From positions 116,250,001-116,314,000 of the forward strand of contig NW_026262712.1 of the NCBI RefSeq assembly GCF_021869535.1: 64,000 bases of DNA, given 5' to 3'. Origin of the DNA: Mytilus californianus. Lineage: Eukaryota. Under the pieces are notes generated by a model. That model was not told the DNA's origin and did no database searches. It saw nothing but the letters and a program-made list of their open reading frames with translations. How positions within the stretch are numbered: the stretch's first letter is position 1; each line of letters opens with the position of its first letter. This document shows, piece after piece, positions 37,649 to 46,958 of the stretch. Position numbers and translations under genes: made by a program.

Positions 37649-38790
37649 CCGAAGTAAAAAGTCGAAGACGATTATGAAAAGTTTATAGAGGGATAAATGC
37701 AATAAAAAAATATAACTTAAAAAATAATTCCTTCATGTCATGCTCTATGCTCATTTTAACATGGGTAGTCATTATATTTGTCTATATTTTACACTGAGTG
37801 TTATGTCGATTCTAATAGGGCAAATACAGTATTTTTATAGGTCGAAGCGCACGAAAATACCTTAAAAATGTTTGGCTGTTCTCGTTTCCTCCCAATGGAG
37901 TCTGTACATTACATTTTCATATTTAATTACTTTAAAAACTAAAAGCAGGGTAAATATGTGTTGTTTGATAAACAATACATAATAAAAGTTTATGTAAGCT
38001 GCTAAAATATATATACTTTATTAGAATAACAATGAAAATAACGAAAATATAAACAGTAAATTTGTGCCCAGGTGTCAAACATATTTTGTGCTAATTAGAA
38101 CACGGCTTTGTTTCCAAGGCGTAACAAGGACGTCATATTAGAATGATAAATGATTTATGCTTTTTAAGTCCCTCATTGGTCCATATGCACGTCAACAAAA
38201 TAAAAAAAAATTTGGTTTTATTCCTATATCATAAAATTGAGAAAAGAAATGGGGAATATGGCAAAGAGACAACAACCCGACCAAAGAGCAGATAACAGCC
38301 GAAGGCACCCGGAGTATGATAAAGACGCATTTATACAATGAAGATATTGGAGCTGGGACGACTTTTAAACATATCCGTTTATTTGGAAAAATCAATCAAA
38401 AGAAATATGTGAATGTAATCAAATGACAATGCACTTCTGGGTAATAATGTAATAATAAGGATGGCTGGATCATGATGGGGCTTCATCGAAAGAAAAGTCA
38501 ATGAGCCCGGTAGCAGAACTCTGAACAACGGCTGATTTTCTTTCCACGCCGGCTTCGCTGGGCGCTGCAAATTCTCTATGACGTCAAGGAACAACGTCAC
38601 AGCGGAAAACAACATCGGCTTTGGGCCGATCCTTGGCAGTCAAAGGTACTGTTTCTGCATCGGCCAAATCGGCCCTATGGCAGAAAGGAGGTTAAACGCA
38701 ATGTACAAAAAGCTGCAAAACTATATTTAAAAGAGGTACGAAAAGTTGCAAAATTTTCCAAACAGCATCCGATTTTACCTTAATGGATGC

Positions 38791-38823
38791 ACGCGCCTGA
38801 TGAAGCTAATTTGTTTAGCGAAA
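38791..38823 (+). ncRNA. Hammerhead core with perfect stem II (GCTAA-tttgt-TTAGC), 3' side disrupted
   Basis: acgcgc CTGATGA AGCTAA tttgt TTAGC GAAA then taaaa instead of TATTgcg. Confidence 0.65.
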
Positions 38824-38947
38824 TAAAATATAACAACTATTTTTATAACACTCATTAGCGTGATAAAGTTACATTCTTAGGCATTTATATACATATATAT
38901 TTATATATATAGAATTTAGAAGGGAAAAGGGGAATGTTTAAATAAAG

Positions 38948-39650
38948 TGTTACGGGATTGCTTCCCTTAGTACATGTAGTAGCTACTTCGGTAGACGTAA
39001 GCTAGGGAAATACTTCTTTAGCTCAGCCGGTTAGATGCGTTGCCTTGTAACACAGAGGTGACGAGTTCGAGTCCCGCAGGAGACAACGTGATTTTGTAAG
39101 ACGAATCCAGCTCTCCGGTTATAATTGGAGCTCAACTTAAAAACCCACGGCGGTAAGAGAGGATTTCTAGCCAGGGTATGTGTTGTTTGAGTCATAATGG
39201 TATGATCACTCTTGAGGTGGGTTCGTGTCACGGAGGAGAAACAGTTGTGTTATGGGGGTCATAATGGTATGATGAATCTTGAGGAGGGGAAGTGTGACGA
39301 GATAGCTTCCTTTGGTACATGTAGTAGATACTGAGCCAGCCGTAAGCGGTTGAGCTAGGGAAGTACTTCTTGAGCTCAGTCGATTAGAACACTGCCTTGT
39401 TACACAGAGGTCCCGGCCGAGTCCCGATGGAGACAAAGGTGTGTTATGAGAGTCATAATGGTATGATGACTCTTAAGGAGGGGGTTATGTGACATGTAGT
39501 AGATATTTAGCCAGTTGTAAGCGGTTGAGCTAGGGAAGTTCTTCTTTAGCCCAGTCGGTTAGAGCGCTGCCTTGTAACACAGGGATCCCGCGTTCGAGTC
39601 CCGGAAGAAACAAAGTGATTTTGTAAGACGAATCATGCTCTCCGATTACA
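38948..39650 (+). mobile_element. Tandem array of miniature LTR units each carrying a tRNA-like sequence (Helenus/TRIM-like)
   Basis: LTR-like starts TGTTACG (38948), TGTCACG (39226, truncated), TGTGACG (39293), TGTGACA (39488), the last three directly after purine tracts. Ends TTATA/TTACA (about 39122, 39650); TGG after the first LTR; A and B boxes inside each full unit. Confidence 0.65.
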
Positions 39651-39656
39651 ATATGT

Positions 39657-39683
39657 ATGTGTGTGTGTGTGTGTGTGTGTGTG
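39657..39683. repeat. (TG)n microsatellite
   Basis: Direct reading. Confidence 0.95.
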
Positions 39684-39824
39684 AACCGTGATGGTATTCC
39701 GAACCACGACGGTCACTCTGAAGTGCGATGGTTTGACGCTGAAGTGAGATGGTGTCATTGTGACTTTATCCTGTTGATAGCTACGCCGAAATGCTTTTGT
39801 GGTAACGCTGAAGTGCGATGGGAT

Positions 39825-39960
39825 GCCTGTACCAAGTCAAGAATATGACAGTTGTTGTCCATTCGTTTGATGTGTTTGTGCTTTTGATTTTGCCATTTGA
39901 TTAGGGACTGTCCGTTTTGAATTTTCCTCGGAGTTCAGTATTTTTGTGATTTAACTTTTT
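39825..39960 (-). repeat. Interspersed repeat (same family as 15775-15915)
   Basis: Reverse-complement match. Confidence 0.75.
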
Positions 39961-42249
39961 TCATAAACTATATTTCTAATGTTTTTCATGTTCACATTTC
40001 GATTTAGCATTTAAAAGTCAATTTGTTTATTAGAAGCATTTTTTCTGGTTTTTAAGTAAATAATAGTGATCATCGAGAGTATAACTCGTTTACCCTAGTG
40101 TTCTACTTCAAATTAGATATAGTCATGCTCCCGATAAAATAAAAATGGACAGACAGACGTACATGTACGGATTCTTTCAAAGTTTGCCGGCGCTAACCCA
40201 GGCTGTATATGCATGGTGAATTTTGACAATTGTGTACCGGTAAAACGGAATCGAACCGATTACTTATAATGCAAGTCTTTGCCTGTCTGCTATTTAGCAT
40301 TCATGTGAACAATCCTTTAATTACTAAAAGAACGACTTTGTCTATGAACTACGGAGGCCCATTTAAAACCTTGCAAAACCTACGTTGAATTCGAAAAAAT
40401 CGTAAACATGGATTAAAATCATTATCAATAATTGTATAGTCCTTTATCACGAATTTAACATGGATTAAATTCGTGAAAACAATTTTGCAGAATTAGTTTT
40501 TACTTGTTTCTTTAATTCGTGATTTTCTGTTCTTTAATTGGGGAAATATCCTATTTCAGGACCTACCTATTGTGTTAATTGTTTGTTGATTTATTTCTCG
40601 TCCTGAACATGAAATATTTGCCACTGTACGTAAAAAAAACATCAATTAATCTATCAAATTCACTTTTTACGGGAGTGTTTTTTTTTAAATAGCTAGGTAA
40701 TACTTTGTAGTAGAAAGCAAAATGCTGCAAGGTTGTAGATTGCCTTATATCTGTAGGATTATAGTATAGCTTACATACCGAACGGGAAGTGCTGTCTTTT
40801 CCATTTATTCATTTAATTTTTTATACTCAGAAGGGAGAGTAGACACAAGTTCATATGCCATGTTTACGAATTCTGTGAACTAGATTTTCATTTACCTCCT
40901 GCACATGTGTCGGAATATTGGGTTGTCGGACTAATTGGGTTTCGGACCAATGGGGTGACGACTTGTCGACATAGCGGAGCGAATCCGCATACACAGTATT
41001 TAAACAGGTATGATTTGAGCAGTTTCCACAGAATATAAGAAACACTATTGTGTCATTTGGAAAGAAAGGGGAGATAACTAATAGCATCACAGCTACTTAC
41101 CACTTTCTAAGCAACAAATATTTAACTTCCTAACATATTTCCGGGATAAGAATACCGAGTGAGTAAATAACAATACGTGTTGTAAAGAAAGTTTTGAGGT
41201 CAAAAAGAATTATCCTGTCCACACGACTGTAAGTTCAAATTGTAAAATTCAGTAGTATCAACATAATATAAAAATTCAGACTAAATTTGTCCTGGGGCCG
41301 AGTGTTTTGCTGGGGAGGCGGCATTGTATTGTTTGTAGTTTCGCAAATACAGCGGTTGGTTGAATTTCCGTCAAATGAGTACTCACTCTTATGTCCAGTT
41401 TAAGAGTATTGTTATCATGGTTATACTGTATAATATAAGACTATATTCAGAAGCAGCTATAAAGTCTGTCATGTGTTTCCAAGAGAAAATATTTTCCTGA
41501 AATTAATTCCCCCTTTACAAATAAGGATCAATTCAATATTTGTGCATTCTTCTCCAACTATTATAATACTACCCATCCAGAAATATGTATTGCCTTACTG
41601 TAAATCCTTCAAAAGAACTACTTTAAAATATTTTGCTTTGTTGATAATATTTAAAAGTTTTGTTTCCTGGTTAAGGGTAATGGGATAAAGGTAAATTTCC
41701 GGGTTAAGGGCCATTCATGGATAAGTGAATGACAGATGTTGAAAATTCACCAATTCTAATGTATAATTGCCTCTAATCATAGTTATGTTTTTTCTCATAA
41801 AATTTGACACTTTTCTTTCAATCACTTTGTGTCGCATTTGAACAGTGTCAACTGCTGACTGTCAAAAAAATATGTATTACCCAATCAATTATCAAACATA
41901 GAAAACCATTTTACTCGTTACTGCCAGAGGAGAACACAAAACATTTATCAAAAGTGAAATTGAAAAACAATCTTTACTATAAAGGTAGCAATACACAGTT
42001 AGGAGACCATTGCGGTTTCGCATTTGGACATTGGTAATTTTTTCAAATATTAAATTATTCTGTAATTGAATTTATATGTCGACAGCTGAAGAATAATACA
42101 GCCTTCAAATTGGTTTTATAAGAACATAAACCTTTTTTTGTGTATATTTTCCATACTGGTCATAGGTCCAGAAATTAGTGTAATGTTTACAAGCATTGCT
42201 TTTTCTTTACACGAACGAAAAGTAGTTGATTTTTTAAAAAGGCATAAAC

Positions 42250-42420
42250 CACGGGTGTCACTTGGTATATCAAGAGAAATGAAACGATAACTAACGGTGG
42301 TCCAGTATTGCGATCGGATCGTGAATCGTGCAATTAAGAGTAATTCTACTTCAAAATCTGTGAAAAATCTGTTTTATTTTCAAAAGGTGGAACAAATTAG
42401 AAAAACAAATATGTATGTCT
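42250..42420 (+). repeat. Interspersed repeat shared with 56525-56720 (+) and partly 53060-53160 (-)
   Basis: gcaattaag.gt..ttctacttcaaaatctgt...ttttcaaaaggtggaaca..t.agaaaaa common to both plus copies. Confidence 0.7.
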
Positions 42421-42759
42421 TTGAGCTGGTCAAAAAATAAAAACATTTGCCAGTCACATCATCTTTTTATCTGTTTTTCTTTAATACCCATCTTGTCTTT
42501 TCACTTCTTAATCTGGATTATTAGCATTTAAGCACCAACATATTTCTTGATTCTTGCCGAATATCAGTGAAAACCAAGATCATTTACCCAAGGCAAAAGT
42601 ACATTGATCATTTGGCAAAGATAAAACTTTCAAAATCAGAAAATAAGGCAACTATAGACTATTACAATTTGAAATAGTTGACAATTTTTTACCATTTGAG
42701 GTTTGAAAGAATGGAACCTACAGTAATAGAGAATGTTGAGGGAAATTTCTAAGTTTATG

Positions 42760-43390
42760 TTTTTCTAGAGGAACTGTATGGTATTTTGGGAAAAACACAT
42801 AAAGAAATATCAAAGCGGCCTATTATTATTATAGAACGTTGAATAAAACAACCTAATAATGGCTTTGCAAGCATTTTCCATGATTCCATTGTACTGTTTT
42901 TTTCCATTTTGTAAAAATTGTAACATGATAAAATGTTCATAAAGAAGGGAGTAGCATTTAAACCCGTTTTATCTAAAGAGTTTTACAGAAGAAGACAGAT
43001 TGATTTAATCGATTTCCGATCAAAGTAAGATAGAAACTATATTTTCATTATGGTGTACCAAGATCACATAAAAAACTAAATTACTAGAAATTTTACCTCA
43101 AAAAGTGGTTCAAAGGTGGCTTCTAATTTAGTTTATGTTTTAACAATATTTGGTGTGTCACATAAACAGCAAACAGCAAAAGGTCGTGAATTTACAGCTA
43201 AGGTTAAATCTGAATTATTGCTAATGTGGCCAGAACTAGTTATTGTTCACGAGAAGTCAAAACATCTCCAATCAGAGGGTAATATTGAGAGTTCAAACGG
43301 AAATATTTTTGACATGCTTACTGCATGGGTGAGGAACAACGAGTTGATAGTGGTCAATTGGAATAAAATTCGTTCATATATAAAATAATG
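42760..43390 (+). pseudogene. Ginger2/KRBA2(SCAND3)-type DDE integrase remnant
   Basis: YVFLEELYGILGKTH, KPVLSKEF..RQIDLIDF, YQDH, FG..HKQQTAKGREFTAKV.SEL.LMWPELVIVH.K.KH.QS.G.IE..NG.I.DML.AW: decayed H2C2 and rve motifs (QSDNGREF degraded to QTAKGREF) with in-frame stops. Confidence 0.8.
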
Positions 43391-43604
43391 CTGCTCTACA
43401 CAAAGATATTTGACGATCACCAGGTACAAATGCAAGAAAAAATTAAAACTGAAATAGTTGCCATTGCTCCGCACCAATTGGTAACAAATAAATTGCAATA
43501 CAATTATCTATCAATATAGAAATAAGGAGATGTAGTACGATTGCTAATGAGACAACTATCCAGCAAGTTTTTTTTATATTTTAAGAGTTATTTAACGAGT
43601 TAGA

Positions 43605-44172
43605 ACACCCGGCCACCGAAAGCTTTATTATTGTGAAGCCTAGGTGGTCGTGTGGTCTAGCGCGTCGGATACAGTGCAGGCGATTTAGTGTCACGATATC
43701 TCAGTAGCATGAGTTCGAATCCCGGCGAGGGAAGAACAAAAAATTTGCGACTACATATTTACATATCTATTATTGTTGGGCTGATGTTTAGACGAGTTGT
43801 ATATACAGAATGTACACAGCCATGTATCACCATCACTGCTGGTGATCCGATGGATAAATCTGCTGTAGAGTTGTCACTGGTTCAGACGTACTTATAAATA
43901 TAATCATTTCTGTGACTGTATCTTGCATTAATTTGTAGGATCCTTTACAATAGATATTTCAGCTGATCTGTACCAATTCCATCTTCATGCCTTATATATC
44001 ATGTACTGTATTACGACGCTAGATTAAAACTAACCAGGAAAGGTAACACCCGGACACCGAAAGCTTTATTTTTAATGCCTAGGTGGTCGAGTGGTCGGGC
44101 ACAGTGTAAGGCGATTTGGTGCCACGATATCTCAGAAGAATGAGTTCGAATCCCGGCCAGGGAAGAACAAAA
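43605..44172 (+). mobile_element. Tandem 439-bp unit: tRNA-derived head, body, hammerhead-like motif, next tRNA head
   Basis: A box TGGTCG(T/A)GTGG at 43645 and 44084; B box GAGTTCGAATCC at 43711 and 44142. Hammerhead-like CTAACCA gg...cc GAAAGCTT at 44030-44066 and a half motif at 43605-43627. Confidence 0.75.
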
Positions 44173-44174
44173 AT

Positions 44175-46950
44175 AAACACTAAAAAGTGTTGAATATCAT
44201 CGCACAAAGATGGAAAACTGAACAGATGATATAAATTATACAATAATTGCAAATATTTCGGCTCAACAAATGGCCTTCCTCAGTGTTAAAAGTTTTAACA
44301 ATACTGATATATAATGTATAAGGTGTAAACATAGATCAGTAATAATACAGGTAAGTTTTGGTCGATTGATTTTAATCCAAAATCCTGAATATCATAATAT
44401 AAACATTAGACTGTAAATTTAATTATTTCTTTCTATTGATTCAATCTGGATGGAGGACACCCAGTGTTTTTATCCAAAACTTCTCCCGATTTTCTCTTTG
44501 CCTATTTTGCCATGTACAATCCTGTTCGATCACAAGGATCTTCATGTGATCAAAATCTTTCAGATTGTGATCTGGTAACCTGAAGTGTTGGCTGACAGGA
44601 ATATACGTTTTTTTTTGTGAGGTCACTCCTGTGGCCATTAAGGCGTTTGTGAAATGGCTGCATAGATTCACCAACATATTGGAGACCACATATAGGACAC
44701 TCAAGAACGTAAATCACGTTTGAGCTTTTGCAGTTGACATTGCAGAAGATCTTGTATGTCTTTTCTGTGGTCTTACTGTGAAATGTTGATGAATGCTGCA
44801 ATTGGTTGCAACATTTGCGCTTATCCCCACAAGGCTGGCAATTACCTACAGTATGGTTAGGTTTGGAAAGGTCAGCACGGACAAGTATATTTCTCAGGCT
44901 GTTAGGTTGTTTGAAGGCAATCATGGGAGGCTCAGGAAAGATTTTGGATAACTTAGAATGTTTCTCGATTGCTGTCCACTGATCACGAATGGTCTTGAAA
45001 CTATTTCTCAGGCATGGCTGGTAGGTGAGCACACATGGGATTCTTTTACTTTTCTGTTTTTCTTTGTAAGTTAGCAGACTGCTTCTGGGGATTGATTCCG
45101 CTTTTCGAAAACAATTTTTGCTGTGTTTGTGTTTATATCCCCTTCTTTTCAAATGTCCTTTGAGCTGCCCCAGACGTTGTTTTGCAGTGTCTTCAGAGGA
45201 GCAGATTCGCCTTATTCTGAGAGCTTGGCTGTATGGAATGCTCTTCGTGCAGTGTGGAGGATGGCAATTTTCAGGCGACAAGTATTAATGAGTATCTGTA
45301 GGTTTAGAGTATATCTGTGTTTATTATACCTACAGAGAGGGTGCTAGATGTATCAAGGAAGTTTATGGTGGAATTAGATGTTTCATGGGTGAATTTGATG
45401 GTAGGGTGTTGATTGTTAGCATTTGTTATAAAAGTTTGTAATTCTTGGTCTCTCTTGTCCCATTTTATGTCAACGTGATCAATGAATCGATACCAGGAAA
45501 GCGGTTTTTCGATGGAGCACTCCAGCAGTTGCTTTTCAACTTTACCCATCCGCATGGGGAATATTCGTATAGAGGGAGGTGACATCCATTGTGACAAGAG
45601 TAGTATTGGCAGGTAGAGGGTTTAAATCCTGCATTTTTAGTAGGTAATCTGTAGAATCTTTTATAAAAGATGGCAAGTTTTCTACATGTGGTCGAAGATA
45701 GTAATCAATGAATTCGGATATTTTTTCGGTGGGATGACCATTAGCTGAGACGATTGGTCTTCCTGGGTTACCAGGTTTATGAATTTTAGGGAGCAGGTAG
45801 AATCGCCCAGGTTTAGAATCTTCAGGTTTTAAATATTTGAGAGTATCTATATCAATGATGTTATTGTCACACATTTCCTTTAAACATTCTGTTATTTTCT
45901 CACTGAATTGGAGGGTGGGGTCCGAATTAAGTTTTTTTTAAAACCGGTCATCATCTAATTGGCGAATGGCCTCTTGGACATAGTTAGATTTGTCCATGAC
46001 GACAACTGCACTCCCTTTGTCTGCAGGTTTAATAACAATGTCGTCATTATCTCTCAAATTTGTTAAAGCCACACGTTCACCAGGTGTTAAATTGTCATAG
46101 GTCTGATTATTTATTTTTACATTTGTAAGTATATCCGTTTTAACATTGTCTATAAATGATTCTAAGGTGGTATTTTTGCTTGGTTTAGGGACCCAGTTAC
46201 TTTTCTTTCTAAATCTATATTCGTTGGAGTCGTCAGAGTCACTATCTGAGGTGGTGCTATCGTCCTCTTTCGATGCAAAATGTTCCTTGATGCGGAGGCT
46301 CCTGGAAAATTATCCAGTTCATCAGACAATTTAGTATCATTCACTGGACCTGGGACTGGACAAAAGTTTAGGCCTCTGGATAGTAATGAAGTTTCGTCCT
46401 CAGTAAGTTGTTTGCTGGAGAGATTGACAACGGTATTGATCTTGTTGCTGAGGACTTGAGGTCTACGTCTGAAATGTCTGTTTTTGGTTTTATCATTATT
46501 TTTTTCTTTTGTACTAGTGGATGGGAAAGAAGTACCATCCCGTTGAAATTTGCATCTTTGTCTGGAGCGGAGAGTGGCGGTCTTAGTGTTGGTTAAATCT
46601 CTCAAGCGCTCTTGGATGTTCTCGAATTCGCTTGCTGTTAGATCTTTTTTGCAAGCGTGAGACAAGGAGTCAAATTGAAGTGTTAAGTTTTTAAGATGTT
46701 CAATACAGTGTCCTCTAAGGAGTATGAGAAGACGGAGGGAACAGTGAAATAGGGTCTGATCCCACCTACGTAGAAATGTATCAGACAGGTTGCCGGTAGT
46801 TTGAGGCAGTGCTTTAATACATAAGCCACTGGGAATAACATTATTGTCAATATAATGACAGTAATTAGAAAGATGATGTCTAGTACTAATTTGTTGTTGT
46901 TTAGTGATCCTTAGTTGTTTGAAATATTGATCATAATTCATTTTGTACAC
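44175..46950 (-). mobile_element. Neptune-clade Penelope-like element, left arm (carries the N-terminus; disrupted)
   Basis: ORF fragments 46162-46950, 45542-45874, 45304-45597, 44550-45281, 44441-44704 are collinear with the right arm. 188-bp deletion at ATGG microhomology, several frameshifts, TAC>TAA stop near 45945. Confidence 0.95.
44251..44283 (-). ncRNA. pLTR hammerhead-like motif of the Neptune left arm
   Basis: Mirror of 49724-49756. Confidence 0.6.
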
Positions 46951-46958
46951 AGTTGGAA

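Larger units (their letters stand above)
34104..38691 (-). mobile_element. piggyBac transposon, 4588 bp, TTAA target-site duplication
   Basis: TTAA at 34100-03 followed by CCCTTTGACTGCC; TTAA at 38692-95 after an imperfect ggcagaaaggagg. Subterminal inverted repeat tacctttgactgccaag(a/g)atcggccc at 34136 and (reverse complement) ending 38648. Confidence 0.85.

Noticed and set aside
39014-44162. Functional tRNA genes (39014-39082, 39542-39608, 43638-43731, 44077-44162)
   Set aside because: A and B boxes are present but anticodon stems do not pair properly, and the sequences are embedded in repeated TE-like units.
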